A stretch of 64,000 bases of DNA from Anaerolineae bacterium. Its GTDB lineage: Bacteria > Chloroflexota > Anaerolineae > B4-G1 > SLSP01. Where the stretch lies: contig DAOUBT010000033.1 of assembly GCA_034432595.1 (NCBI GenBank), forward strand, positions 2,353 to 66,352, in the 5' to 3' direction. The notes beneath the pieces are model-generated. The model had not been told where the DNA came from. It searched no databases and saw only the letters and a list, made by a program, of their open reading frames with translations. Positions within the stretch are counted from its first letter, which is position 1. Every line of letters starts with the position of its first letter. The translations under genes and the position numbers were made by a program. This document shows, piece by piece, positions 30,195-40,856 of the stretch.

Positions 30195-32906
30195 ATGAAA
30201 CTCTCTTTCACACTCAACGGCAATCCGATGACGCTTGAGGTGGACGAATCCCTCACCTTGCTCCGTCTATTGCGCGATCATTTGGGCCTGCTGGGCACCA
30301 AAGTTGGCTGCGAGATCGGCGTATGCGGTGCGTGTTCGGTGTTGGTGGATGACCGCCTGACGCGCGCGTGCCGCACGCCGGTCCGCGCGGTGGAGGGGCG
30401 CGCGGTGGTCACCATCGAGGGGCTGCTCGGTCCGGATGGCGAGCCTTCCGACCTGCAGCGCAATTTTCTCCGCTACAGCGCGGTGCAGTGCGGTTACTGC
30501 ACGCCGGGGATGATTATGGCCGCGGAGGCGTTGCTGCGGCGCACCCTCACCCCCACGCGCGAGGAAATCCGTCAGGCCCTGCGCGGTAACCTGTGCCGCT
30601 GCACCGGTTATCAACAAATTTTTGAAGCGATTGAGGCCACAGCACGCGAACGGCGTAGCGGTGTGGCCGCCACGCCGCCGCCGGGACCGGTGCATGTGGA
30701 TGGCGTCGCCAAGGTGACGGGGCAGGCGCGCTTTGTGGGCGACATCCGCCTGCCGGGGATGCTCTACGCGCGCGTGTTGCGCAGCCCGCTACCCCATGCG
30801 CGCATCGTGCGGTTGGATACCTCGCCGGCGTTGCAGGTGCCGGGTGTGCTGGCCGTCATCACGGCGGAGGATTTTGTGGATAAGGGACGCTTCGGCTGGC
30901 CCGTGGCGGATGCGTATGTGCTTACCCCGGATAAGGTGCGCATGGTGGGCGACCCCATCGCCGCGGTGGCAGCGACCTCGCGCGAGGCGGCGCAGGCTGG
31001 AGTCGCGGCTATCCTGGTGGAGTACGAGCCGTTGCCGGTGGTGACGGATGTGAGCGACGCGCTCAAGCCCGAAGCGCCGTGCATCCCCTCCCATCCGGAA
31101 GCCGTGGATAATCTCTGCGTGACCCACATCGTGCGTTACAATGACCCGCAGCCGTGGCTGGAGCAGGCCGATGTGACGCTGGAGGCGACTTACGAGCTGC
31201 CGCGGCAGGAGCACGCCTACATCGAGACCGAGGCGGCGCTGGCCGTGCCCGAACCCGATGGCGGGGTGACGGTGTACGCCAACTGTCAGAGTCCGTTTAT
31301 CGCGCGGGATGTGCTGGTGCGCGTGTTGGGACTGCCACCGGAGCAGGTGCGCGTGATTCAGCCTTTTGTGGGCGGGGCGTTTGGCGGCAAGGACGACGGG
31401 GTCTATCAGACGGCGGCGCAGGCGGCGCGTCTGGCTTTGGTGACGGGCAAGCCGGTCCAACTCTGGCTTTCGCGCGAGGAGTCCATGGCCGCTTCCTACA
31501 AGCGCGAGGCGATGCGCATCCACTGGCGCGCGGGGGCGACGCGCGCGGGCGAATTGTTGGGGGCCCACATCGAGGTGCTGGTGGATAACGGCGCCTATTC
31601 CGCAGCCACGCCGCTTTCCTCCTGGCGCGCCACGGTGCACGCGGCCGGTGCCTATCGCTACAAGGCGGTGCACATCAACACCCACGTCATCTACACCAAC
31701 AACGGCTATGGCGGCGCTTTCCGCGGCTTTGGCAATCCGCCGGTGACTTTCGCCGCCGAAGTGGCTATAGATGAGCTGGCCCATGCGGTGGGCATGGACC
31801 CGTTGGCGTTCCGCCTGCAAAACGCGCTGCGCGCCGGGGATCGCACCTGCGCGGGCAACGCGCTGGAATATCCCCCCGGCCTGGTGGAGTGTCTGCGTTG
31901 GGTGCGCGAGCATTCGGATTGGGAGCGCAAACGCGCGGCTTACGCACAACAGCCCGACGATGCGCCCGTGCGGCGCGGCATCGGCGTGGCGTGCTACTTC
32001 CATGGCATCGGCCTGGGCAGCGAGGGACGGGACTACGCTGCCATCACGTTGCGCATTGGCGAGGATAACAGCGTCGTTCTGCAGGCCGGTCTCACGGATT
32101 ACGGGCAGGGCAGTCGCACCGTCTTCAGTGCGTTGGCGGCGCAGGCTCTGGGCGTAAAGCTGGAGCGCGTGCAGATGCCGCGTCCCGATACGGATACGGC
32201 CCTGGAATCCGGTCCCACGGTAGCCTCACGCGCCTCCGTGGTGGGCGGCAACGCCGTGCTGGTGGCCGCGCGCAAGCTGGAAGGGATGTTGCGCCTTGCC
32301 GCGGCGGAAGCGTTCCACTGCGCACCGGAAGACGTGCAGCGCGTCGGCGAGGATTTCCTGGGGCCGGGCGAGGATTTGCTGCGCTTCGAGGAGGTGGTAC
32401 GGCACGCGCGCGCTTTGGGGCTGCAGCTCTTTGCGCAGGGACGCTGGGAGGTGCCGCACAAGCATTGGGATTTTGCCAGTGGCACGGGTGTGCCCTATTT
32501 CGCCTACACGTTCGGCGCGGAAGTGGTGGAGGTGGAAGTCGAAGGCAAGACGATTCGTCCCGTGCGCCTGTGGATGGCCCACGACGGGGGGAAAATCCTC
32601 TTCCCCATGGGCGCTTACGGGCAAATGTACGGTGGCATCGCGCAGGGATTGGGCTATGCGCTGATGGAGGACTTTTCCTACACGGACGGCGTGCCCGATA
32701 AGCTCAACTTCAACCGCTACCGTATCCCGCGCGCCGGGGACATGCCGGACATGGAGGGGGTGTTCCTGGAATTCCCGGCGAGCTTTGGCCCGCTGGGGGC
32801 GAAGAACCTGGCCGAGCCGATGTTGCTGGGCACGGCGCCCGCCCTGGCGAATGCCGTCTTTCACGCCACCGGCGTGCGCCTGCGCAAACTTCCGCTCAAA
32901 CTGTGA
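30195..32906 (+). CDS. Xanthine dehydrogenase-family protein, fused 2x[2Fe-2S] and molybdopterin-binding subunits
   Basis: Motifs CEIGVCGAC, QCGYC, CRCTGY, GGAFGGK, AFRGFG and GAKNLAEP; RBS GGAGG before ATG 30195. Confidence 0.9.
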   Translation: MKLSFTLNGNPMTLEVDESLTLLRLLRDHLGLLGTKVGCEIGVCGACSVLVDDRLTRACRTPVRAVEGRAVVTIEGLLGPDGEPSDLQRNFLRYSAVQCGYCTPGMIMAAEALLRRTLTPTREEIRQALRGNLCRCTGYQQIFEAIEATARERRSGVAATPPPGPVHVDGVAKVTGQARFVGDIRLPGMLYARVLRSPLPHARIVRLDTSPALQVPGVLAVITAEDFVDKGRFGWPVADAYVLTPDKVRMVGDPIAAVAATSREAAQAGVAAILVEYEPLPVVTDVSDALKPEAPCIPSHPEAVDNLCVTHIVRYNDPQPWLEQADVTLEATYELPRQEHAYIETEAALAVPEPDGGVTVYANCQSPFIARDVLVRVLGLPPEQVRVIQPFVGGAFGGKDDGVYQTAAQAARLALVTGKPVQLWLSREESMAASYKREAMRIHWRAGATRAGELLGAHIEVLVDNGAYSAATPLSSWRATVHAAGAYRYKAVHINTHVIYTNNGYGGAFRGFGNPPVTFAAEVAIDELAHAVGMDPLAFRLQNALRAGDRTCAGNALEYPPGLVECLRWVREHSDWERKRAAYAQQPDDAPVRRGIGVACYFHGIGLGSEGRDYAAITLRIGEDNSVVLQAGLTDYGQGSRTVFSALAAQALGVKLERVQMPRPDTDTALESGPTVASRASVVGGNAVLVAARKLEGMLRLAAAEAFHCAPEDVQRVGEDFLGPGEDLLRFEEVVRHARALGLQLFAQGRWEVPHKHWDFASGTGVPYFAYTFGAEVVEVEVEGKTIRPVRLWMAHDGGKILFPMGAYGQMYGGIAQGLGYALMEDFSYTDGVPDKLNFNRYRIPRAGDMPDMEGVFLEFPASFGPLGAKNLAEPMLLGTAPALANAVFHATGVRLRKLPLKL

Positions 32907-32982
32907 GACGACAGGGCCCTGGACGTTGCCCGGACGACCGGGTAATCCGGCGAAACTTGATTGAACCATGGGAGGCAGAAGA

Positions 32983-34716
32983 ATGGAGCGCGAAACTTTG
33001 TTGCGTGTTTTGGCCGTTGCACGCGGGGATGAACCCGCCGACCTGATCTTGCGCGGCGGGCGTGTGCTGAACGTCTTCACCGGCGAAGTGCTGGAAGCGG
33101 ATGTGGTCATCGCCGCCGGCCTGATAGCCGCCGTTGGCAAGGGCTATCGCGGCGAGGTCGAAGTGGATGTGCAGGGCCACTATCTGGTCCCCGGCCTGAT
33201 AGACGGCCACGTCCACATCGAGTCCTCGATGGTCAGTCCCTACGCTTTTGCGCGCGGCGTTGTGCCGCACGGCACCACCACGGTGATTGCCGATCCGCAT
33301 GAAATTGCCAACGTCGCCGGTGCGGAGGGGATCCGCTACATGCTGGATGCGACAGAAGCCCTGCCGCTTTCGGTGTTTGTGATGTTGCCCTCGTGTGTGC
33401 CGGCCACGTCCATGGGGACGGCGGGCGCAACCCTGGAGGCTGATGACCTGCGCGCCCTGGCCAATCATCCGCGGGTGTTGGGCCTGGGTGAGTTCATGAA
33501 TGTGCCGGGCGCGGTGTTGGGATTGCCGGGTGCGCTGGAGAAGCTGCTCGCGTTTCAAGGGCGGCTCATAGATGGCCACGCGCCGGGCGTGAGTGGCGCC
33601 TGGTTGCAGGCTTACATGGCCGCCGGGCCACGCACCGATCACGAAAGCCTTACAGCGGAGGAGGCGCTGGAAAAGGTGCGCGCGGGCATGACCATCCTGG
33701 TGCGCGAAGCGACCGCTGCCAAAAACTTGCGCGCCCTCCTGCCGGCGATAACCCCATCCAACAGCCGCCGCTTTGCCTTCGCCACGGATGACCGCCACCC
33801 GGCGGATTTGCTCGATGAGGGCCACATTGACCATCTGGTGCGTCTGGCCATACGCCACGGCCTTGACCCCATCACGGCGTTGCAGATGGCCACCTTGAAC
33901 GCCGCCGACGCTTTTGGTTTGCGCGACCGCGGCGCCCTGGCGCCGGGACGCCGCGCCGATGTGGTCGTTACGCCGTCGCTGGAAGCCTTCCGCGCCGCGC
34001 AGGTGTACGTCGCCGGTCGTCTGGTCGCGCAGGAGGGGCAGCCGGTGGGGACATGGCCTGCGCCTGCCCCCGTCCCCGACGCGGTGCGCGGCAGTGTCCA
34101 CCTCACGGCGGCGCAGTTCGACTTTCGCATCCCCGCAGTGGGCGAGCGCCTGCGCGTCATCGGCATCGTGCCGGAGCAAATCATCACCGAGGCCCTGGTC
34201 ATGGAACCCACCGTGCAGGGGGATGAGGTTGTCGCGGATGTGACGCGCGACGTGTTGAAGTTGGCGGTGCTGGAGCGTCACCATGGGACGGGGCGCGTCG
34301 GCCTGGGGTTGGTGCACGGCATCGGCTTGCGGCGCGGCGCTCTGGCCGGCAGCGTGGGCCACGATGCGCACAATATCACCGTGGTGGGGGTGGATGATGA
34401 CTCCATGCGCACGGCGGTGCGTGCCGTCGCGGAGCTGGGGGGCGGCCTGGTGGCGGCGTGCGGCACGGAGGTGCTCGCCGCGGTCCCGCTTCCCCTGGCC
34501 GGTTTGATGTCCGATCAGGCATTGGAAGTCGTGCGCGGGCAGATGGACGCGCTGCTTGGCACGGCGCGGGCGCTGGGTTCTCCGTTGCACGATCCCTTCA
34601 TGCATTTGGGCTTCCTGGCGCTGGAGGTGATCCCGGCGCTAAAACTGACCGATCAGGGCCTGGTGGATGTGACGCAATTTAAGTTTGTGCCTTTGTGGGA
34701 GTTGGCAAGTTCGTGA
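32983..34716 (+). CDS. ade: Adenine deaminase
   Basis: Motifs DGHVHIESS, ADPHEIANV, IDGHAP, ATDDRHP and SVGHDAHN. Confidence 0.93.
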   Translation: MERETLLRVLAVARGDEPADLILRGGRVLNVFTGEVLEADVVIAAGLIAAVGKGYRGEVEVDVQGHYLVPGLIDGHVHIESSMVSPYAFARGVVPHGTTTVIADPHEIANVAGAEGIRYMLDATEALPLSVFVMLPSCVPATSMGTAGATLEADDLRALANHPRVLGLGEFMNVPGAVLGLPGALEKLLAFQGRLIDGHAPGVSGAWLQAYMAAGPRTDHESLTAEEALEKVRAGMTILVREATAAKNLRALLPAITPSNSRRFAFATDDRHPADLLDEGHIDHLVRLAIRHGLDPITALQMATLNAADAFGLRDRGALAPGRRADVVVTPSLEAFRAAQVYVAGRLVAQEGQPVGTWPAPAPVPDAVRGSVHLTAAQFDFRIPAVGERLRVIGIVPEQIITEALVMEPTVQGDEVVADVTRDVLKLAVLERHHGTGRVGLGLVHGIGLRRGALAGSVGHDAHNITVVGVDDDSMRTAVRAVAELGGGLVAACGTEVLAAVPLPLAGLMSDQALEVVRGQMDALLGTARALGSPLHDPFMHLGFLALEVIPALKLTDQGLVDVTQFKFVPLWELASS

Positions 34717-34999
34717 GATGTGCTAAACTCTAACCAACAGCACGATAACTTGGGGTCATGCATAGGCGATGAGAGCGGTTGAGGCGTTGGCGTGAACAGG
34801 CGCGCTTGAAAGCGGTCGGACGTTTCCCCCATACGCCTCATGACTCTCTATCCATAACAGGCACAGGCGAACGGAGTCGGTTCGCCCTGGGCAAGAATAC
34901 GAAGCCGGCAGGTGACCTTTCGGGAGCACACGAAAAGCCGGTTGTAACACAGCGCTGTCCTTTCTGGGACGAGCAGAGGCGGTCAGGTAGGGTGTGAGC

Positions 35000-37900
35000 A
35001 TGAAGCACATCTGGGTGGTGGATCATCATACGCCATGTACAGAGACGGTGATGGCAGCTCTGGAGGGGAGCTATCGCCTGACGCGCCTGGCACGCCTGAC
35101 GGAAGCTGATGGGACGCAGGTACCGCCGCCGGACGTGGTGTTGCTGTGCGGTCTCAGCCCGGATGAGAGCGGGTTGGAGGCACTCCCCTGCCCCGTCTTG
35201 CTGGTTTACGAAGGCGCCGCGCCTCAAGTGCTTCCCCTGGGTGTAGATGGTCTGTTACCTTTCCCACGCCATCATCCCGAACTGCTGCCTGAACTGCTGG
35301 AGATGAGTCTGCACACCCTGGAAGGCTCTTACACCTTCCGCTCCGAGCGGTGGCGGCGCGGCCAGGATGTTGCGCAACAGCTTCTGCAACACCGGGATTG
35401 GACGCACGTTTTTCAGGTCATCACCGCAAAGCTGGCGCAACATTTTTCCTATGAGCACATGGGCATCTTTCTGCGGGAAGGTGATGAACTGGTGCTGGTG
35501 GCGGAAGGCGGAAAGGCCATGGATGTGCGCGTCGGCTATCGGCAGCCCCTGTCTCTGGGCCTGGTCGGGTGGGTGGCACGGGAAGGAAAGCCCCTGATCG
35601 TGCCGGATGTCCGTCAAGATCCGCGTTATTACGCTCCTGGTGACGAAGGCGATGCCGGGATGGTTGCCGCGGCGCTCTATCCCATTCGCGTTGGGGAGTT
35701 GACCGCGGGGGTGGTGGGCGCGGAAAGCGCGCGTGCGGATGCCTTCCCACCCGAAGCCTGCCTGACGCTGGAAATCCTGGCCGATCTTTTGGGCGCCGTG
35801 GTGCAACAGGTACAGGATTTCCGCTTGCAGGCAAAGCAGGTGGAGATCCTGAGCGCTCTGGTTGAGCTGGTGCCGGGATTGCTGAGCGAGGAAGCGCCGG
35901 ATGCGCTGTTGCAGCGCGTGGCGCAAATGGCCGTGGACCTCATCCCGGCGGCGCAGGCGGGCAGCGTGTTGCTGTTGGAATCCGATGGCTTTCACTTCCG
36001 CGCTGTGGCAGGCTACGACGAGGCCCTGAAAGCGCTGGTTCTGCCCCGTGACAACCACTTTGTGGCGGATTTGCTGCGTGGGCGGCTCATTCATGTTCAC
36101 CATATTGCACGCATAGACGAGGCGCTGCTTCCCCGCGACGTGACGGGAACCTTGCATGAGCTGGGCCGTACTTCGGATATCGAGGAAACTTTAGTGGCGC
36201 CTTTTCTGGTGCGCGGGGAGTTGCTGGGCTACCTCACCGTGGATAGCTTTGATAAGCGCCGCGCCTTCACCCCGGAGGATGAACTGGCGCTGGGCCTGTT
36301 CGCTTCGATGGCGGCGGTCGCCGTCCATCAGGCACGCCTGCGTCAGACAGAACGGGAATGGCAGGCCCTGGTACAGACCTTGCAAGAGTTGGGAATGCGG
36401 CTTTCGGGCACGCTCGACGAGACGGAAATTATTCAGAGCCTGGGCAAAAATCTGCAGAGCGTGATTCCCGCCCACACCATCATCATCAGCATGTTTGAGG
36501 ATGATATTTTATATCTGCGCTACAGCCACGGCCTGTTGCCGCACGTCGAGGAAGAGTTGCGGCGCGGGATGCCCTTGCGGCGCTATCCCCTGGCGATGGA
36601 AGCCTTTCAGACGCGCAGCGGGTTGCTGATTGCCGATTCGACGCAGGAGCCGCGTTGGGTGGTCATGAACGGGGCGCAGGAGCTTTCGGTGCTGATTGTG
36701 CCCTTCCGAACGCAGGACGCCGTGTTGGGTTTTCTCACCCTCACGCTGGACCACCCGTATGGCTATACGGAGCAGCATCTGAGCCTTCTGCAATCCCTGG
36801 CGGATGTGGTTGCTTCGGCGCTGGATAACGCGCGCAATTATGCCGCCTCCCGCCGGCGTGCGGAGTACCTGGACGCGCTGCGCCGTCTGGCCTTGCAGAC
36901 CGGCACGCATCTCGACCCCGATGCTATTATCGCGGCGGCGCTACAGCAGGTGATGACGCTCACCACGGCAAGTGGAGCCTTGTTCTATACCTACGATCCG
37001 CAAAATCAAGTGCTCTATCCCATCCATACTGTGGGAAAGGGCGAAGTTTTCAAGGATTTGCGCATCAAGCCGGGAGAGGGCATTGTGGGCCGTGTCTGGG
37101 AGCAGCGGCACATGATGCTGGTGGATGATTATGCGCAGTGGCCCGAACGCATCGAACATCCGGCTATGTCACGCGCCCACATGACCATTGGCCTGCCGGT
37201 GGTATGGCAGGAGCAGGCTTTAGGGGTGTTGTTGGTTTTTCAGGAGGAAATAGGGCGTAAATATTCGGCAGCGGATTTGAATGTGCTGGTCTTGTTGGCC
37301 CAGCAGTTCGCCGGTTCACTCTACGCGGCGCAGCTCTATCAGGGGTTGCGCGAACAGCGTGACCGGCTGGCCGCTCTGGCTCAGATTGACCAGAAAATTA
37401 TTGCGCAGGCGGATAATTCCACCGAAGCGATTCGCGTCATCCTGGATCAGGCGCTGGACCTGCTGCATTTGCCCCTGGGTCTGGTGGCATTGATGGAGCT
37501 TTTCACCGCGCCGGTGGTGTATGCGCAGGGTTTCGAGCACGGCGGGGATTTGATGCAGGCCGTACAGCATTGCTGGGCGGATAAGCGCCTGGTGTATTAC
37601 CGCTTGGGGCCGGATGGGTATCAGGCTTTTGACGATCTGACGCACAGCGAGTGTGAGATGGGCTTTGTGGAGGCTGAGGACGCGCGCGCGGCCCTGATTA
37701 TCCCGTTGTGGATTCGGCAACACTGTGCCGGGGCGCTTTATCTGCTGGATCGCAAGGCACATGGCTGGAGCCTGGAGGAAATCGAGCTGGCGCGCATGTT
37801 GGGACGGCAGGCCTCTATTGCCCTTGAAAAGGCGTTGCTGGTGGGAGAGTTGCAGCGGCGTCTGGCCGAAACGCAGCTCCTCAACCGCCTGGGGCAGATG

Positions 37901-39106
37901 GCTACGGCGACGCTGGAGCCGGAAACGATTATGCAGCAAACCTGCGCCGAAATTCGTCAGTTCTTGCGCGCCGATGCCGTGTTCATCGGCAAGCTGGAGT
38001 CGGATGGGGTGCGGCTGCTGGTTTCCGAACGGGCGCCGGGCGTGCCCAACACCATTGGGGATTTCCTGGGCCTCAAGGGGATGCTTTCGTTAGGGGAGGC
38101 GCTGAGCGAACGGCGGAGCTTTGTTTTTGCGGATGTGCAGGTGGAAAACCCGGCGCTGGCGAAGCTGCTGGAAAAAACGCGCACGCGCAGTCTGCTCCTG
38201 GTACCGATGATGTTGCGCGGGGAGCTACAGTGGGTGTTGATTGCGGCCTCATTGAAGCCGGGGCACTTCCGGCAGCGCGACCTGGCTTTGTTGGAGGCTG
38301 TGGCGAACACGATCGCGCCGCCGCTGGATAACGCGCGCCTGTATCAGGAGGCGCAGGAGGCGCGGCTGCGCATCGAAGAGGCGTATGCGTCTTTGCAGGA
38401 ACTCGATGCCCTTAAATCGCAGTTCATCCAGAACGTTTCGCACGAGTTACGCACGCCACTTTCGATTGTGAAGGGCTATCTGGATATTGCGCTGGATCGC
38501 TCCTCCGGTTTGGCCTTGCCGGATGATGTGGCACATGTGTTGGCGGCGATGAACACGTACACGGAGCGCCTGGTCAGCCTGGTCGAGTCCATCACGGCGA
38601 TTGAGGACATGATGGTTGGACAACTGGACTTGCGTCCGCAATCCGTGGTGGCGGTGTTGAACACCGTGGTGCAGGCGGTGAGACAGCTTGCTTTTCGCCG
38701 AAAGATCACGCTGGACTTTCAGGTGGAAGGCGAGTTGCCGCCGGTGGCTCTGGACGCGACACAGTTGGCGCGCGCGTTCGAGCATCTCCTGGATAATGCC
38801 ATCAAGTTCAACCATGAGGGCGGCCATATCTGGCTGCGCGCCTGGCGACAGGGCGAACAGGTCTGGATCGAGGTGCGCGATGATGGCATCGGCATTCCCC
38901 CTGCTGAGTTGGAGCGCATCTTCGAGCGCTTCTATCAGATAGATGGCAGTTCGACGCGGCGTTACGGCGGATTGGGTCTGGGATTAGCGGTGGCGCGCGA
39001 GGTCATTGCCCGCCACGGTGGGCGGGTCTGGGCTACGAGCGACGGTCCGCAACGCGGGGCTACCTTCACGGTGGTGCTGCCGGCGTATGGGAGTGAGCTT
39101 GCGTAA
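35000..39106 (+). CDS. Multi-GAF sensor histidine kinase with an N-terminal degenerate receiver-like domain
   Basis: About six GAF-like repeats; H-box SHELRTPL, N-box LLDNAIKF, and G boxes DDGIGIP and GLGLGL. Confidence 0.9.
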   Translation: MKHIWVVDHHTPCTETVMAALEGSYRLTRLARLTEADGTQVPPPDVVLLCGLSPDESGLEALPCPVLLVYEGAAPQVLPLGVDGLLPFPRHHPELLPELLEMSLHTLEGSYTFRSERWRRGQDVAQQLLQHRDWTHVFQVITAKLAQHFSYEHMGIFLREGDELVLVAEGGKAMDVRVGYRQPLSLGLVGWVAREGKPLIVPDVRQDPRYYAPGDEGDAGMVAAALYPIRVGELTAGVVGAESARADAFPPEACLTLEILADLLGAVVQQVQDFRLQAKQVEILSALVELVPGLLSEEAPDALLQRVAQMAVDLIPAAQAGSVLLLESDGFHFRAVAGYDEALKALVLPRDNHFVADLLRGRLIHVHHIARIDEALLPRDVTGTLHELGRTSDIEETLVAPFLVRGELLGYLTVDSFDKRRAFTPEDELALGLFASMAAVAVHQARLRQTEREWQALVQTLQELGMRLSGTLDETEIIQSLGKNLQSVIPAHTIIISMFEDDILYLRYSHGLLPHVEEELRRGMPLRRYPLAMEAFQTRSGLLIADSTQEPRWVVMNGAQELSVLIVPFRTQDAVLGFLTLTLDHPYGYTEQHLSLLQSLADVVASALDNARNYAASRRRAEYLDALRRLALQTGTHLDPDAIIAAALQQVMTLTTASGALFYTYDPQNQVLYPIHTVGKGEVFKDLRIKPGEGIVGRVWEQRHMMLVDDYAQWPERIEHPAMSRAHMTIGLPVVWQEQALGVLLVFQEEIGRKYSAADLNVLVLLAQQFAGSLYAAQLYQGLREQRDRLAALAQIDQKIIAQADNSTEAIRVILDQALDLLHLPLGLVALMELFTAPVVYAQGFEHGGDLMQAVQHCWADKRLVYYRLGPDGYQAFDDLTHSECEMGFVEAEDARAALIIPLWIRQHCAGALYLLDRKAHGWSLEEIELARMLGRQASIALEKALLVGELQRRLAETQLLNRLGQMATATLEPETIMQQTCAEIRQFLRADAVFIGKLESDGVRLLVSERAPGVPNTIGDFLGLKGMLSLGEALSERRSFVFADVQVENPALAKLLEKTRTRSLLLVPMMLRGELQWVLIAASLKPGHFRQRDLALLEAVANTIAPPLDNARLYQEAQEARLRIEEAYASLQELDALKSQFIQNVSHELRTPLSIVKGYLDIALDRSSGLALPDDVAHVLAAMNTYTERLVSLVESITAIEDMMVGQLDLRPQSVVAVLNTVVQAVRQLAFRRKITLDFQVEGELPPVALDATQLARAFEHLLDNAIKFNHEGGHIWLRAWRQGEQVWIEVRDDGIGIPPAELERIFERFYQIDGSSTRRYGGLGLGLAVAREVIARHGGRVWATSDGPQRGATFTVVLPAYGSELA

Positions 39107-39107
39107 G

Positions 39108-39767
39108 ATGACCCGGCTGCGATCCATGCTTCTGGCCTGCGTGACGGCGGCGCTGCTCATCCTGAGCGGTTGCGGTGGTGAGGTGCAACCCACACCGCAG
39201 CCCCTTACGCCGGTGCCCAACCTCATCCTCTTTGATACCTTTTCTCCCCCCGACCCGCGTTGGGCGACCTTTGACACGGCGGACGGCGCGGCTTATGCTC
39301 TGGAAGGCGAGTTTTATGTGGAGGATCGCGGCAAGGGCGTGGCGGTGTATGCTCCTCTGGTGGGCGAGTCGTTGCGCAATGTGGCGGTGGATGTGGAGCT
39401 GCGGCAGGTGGATGGCAGTTTCGATAATTGGGCGGGCGTCATCTGCCGCTTGCAGGATGAGGCGAATTATTATTTTCTGGGCATCAGCGCGGACCGCTAT
39501 TATTTGATTTTGACGGTGAAGGATGGCGTGGCGGAGGCTCTGGCCGGGCCGACGTATTCAACCTCCATCCTGCCCGCGCCCGCGACGAATCGCATTCAGG
39601 TGCGTTGTCAGGGTGGGGCGCTTTCGTTGATGATTAACAATCAGCTCCTCATCATGCGCACGGACACGAGTTTTGAGGAAGGGGAGCTGGCTTTGATGGC
39701 GGATGCGGTTGCCACGGGCGAGACGACGGCCGTCGCTTTTGATAATCTGGTGGTGTACAGACCGTAG
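39108..39767 (+). CDS. Lipoprotein with a concanavalin/DUF1080-like beta-sandwich
   Basis: Lipobox LSGC; motifs WAGVICR..NYYFLGIS, LSLMINNQ and VAFDNLVV. Confidence 0.65.
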   Translation: MTRLRSMLLACVTAALLILSGCGGEVQPTPQPLTPVPNLILFDTFSPPDPRWATFDTADGAAYALEGEFYVEDRGKGVAVYAPLVGESLRNVAVDVELRQVDGSFDNWAGVICRLQDEANYYFLGISADRYYLILTVKDGVAEALAGPTYSTSILPAPATNRIQVRCQGGALSLMINNQLLIMRTDTSFEEGELALMADAVATGETTAVAFDNLVVYRP

Positions 39768-39788
39768 CAACGCGCCGCCCACGGCGCA

Positions 39789-40715
39789 CTAATGCGGCGG
39801 GTGGGCGGCGATGAACTCCAGGATGTCCGTCAGGATGGGCGCGCGCGGGTTACGCAGGGCTTCGAAGAGGTAATCCACGTGGCCCGCTTGCGCGTAACGT
39901 TTGAAGGTGCTTGTCGCGCCTGCCTGCTGCAGGGCGGCGTGGAAGGCTTCCCCGATGGCGTAGGGGACCACATCATCCGCATCCCCGTGGATGAGGAGCA
40001 CCGGAGGCAGGTCGGCGCGCACGTATTGCTCAGGTGAGGCGTAGGCAAAGTGTTTATCCCCCTCAAAAACGCCGCGCAGGAGCCGTTCCGCCGCGCGCTG
40101 ATGCGCGAAAAAGCGATATTCCGCTTCCACGTTGTACACCCCGCTCATGCCAATCAGGCCGCACAGCTCGCGCACCTCGTGCCCGACTTCGGCCAGATAG
40201 CGCGGGTCGCAGGCGACGAGGCCGGCTAAATGTCCGCCGGCGGAGTGCCCGGCCAGGAAGACGTGCCGCGGATTGCCCCCATAGTCGGCGATGTGCTCCA
40301 GCGTCCAGGCGATGGCGGCGGCGACTTCGTGCGCCATCTGCCGATAGGTGGCGTGCGGGTAGAGCGTGTAATCCGGGATGACGGTGACGATGTTGTGCGT
40401 TTGCAGGATGAGGCCGAGGGGCGCAAACCAGGGCCTGGGATAGCTCGTCCAGCTCCCGCCGTGGATGAAGATCAGCACGGGGTGCGGGCCGGGGGTGGTG
40501 GGTTGATAGACATCCAGCCGTGGCGCAAGGCGCGCATCGAAGACGATGTCGCGGTGGATGGCAGGGTCGGTGAGGTAGCGCCGGTGGGAGGTGAGGTAGA
40601 CCCGCATCAGGTTGGCGTAGAAGCTCAGGCGTTCCCGGTAGCGCGTGTAAGCCCACAGGCCAACTCCCACTGCGCCTAAAGCACCCGTCATCAGCATCAG
40701 GTTTCGCCTTCGCAT
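39789..40715 (-). CDS. Alpha/beta hydrolase (carboxylesterase-like), N-terminal membrane anchor
   Basis: Motifs FIHGGSW, GHSAGG and HGDADDVV; RBS AAGGAGG. Confidence 0.88.
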   Translation of the reverse strand: MRRRNLMLMTGALGAVGVGLWAYTRYRERLSFYANLMRVYLTSHRRYLTDPAIHRDIVFDARLAPRLDVYQPTTPGPHPVLIFIHGGSWTSYPRPWFAPLGLILQTHNIVTVIPDYTLYPHATYRQMAHEVAAAIAWTLEHIADYGGNPRHVFLAGHSAGGHLAGLVACDPRYLAEVGHEVRELCGLIGMSGVYNVEAEYRFFAHQRAAERLLRGVFEGDKHFAYASPEQYVRADLPPVLLIHGDADDVVPYAIGEAFHAALQQAGATSTFKRYAQAGHVDYLFEALRNPRAPILTDILEFIAAHPPH

Positions 40716-40856
40716 GAGTTCCTCCTTGTTTTCCCCTGGATTGGTAACTTCTGGGTAACCGCTCTCTGGTATTATACACTCATCCCACATAGGGGGAGTC
40801 CTTTAGCCTGCCAACAGCACGGCAAACCACATTTTTTAACCACACAGGAGGTCAAG

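Noticed and set aside
40743-40830. GGTAAC direct repeat with 11-bp period (SARP-like site) and GCACGGCAAACC (c-di-GMP-I-like start)
   Set aside because: Only two hexamers, within chance. The riboswitch-like 5' motif is not followed by the GAAA/GACGCAAAG elements.
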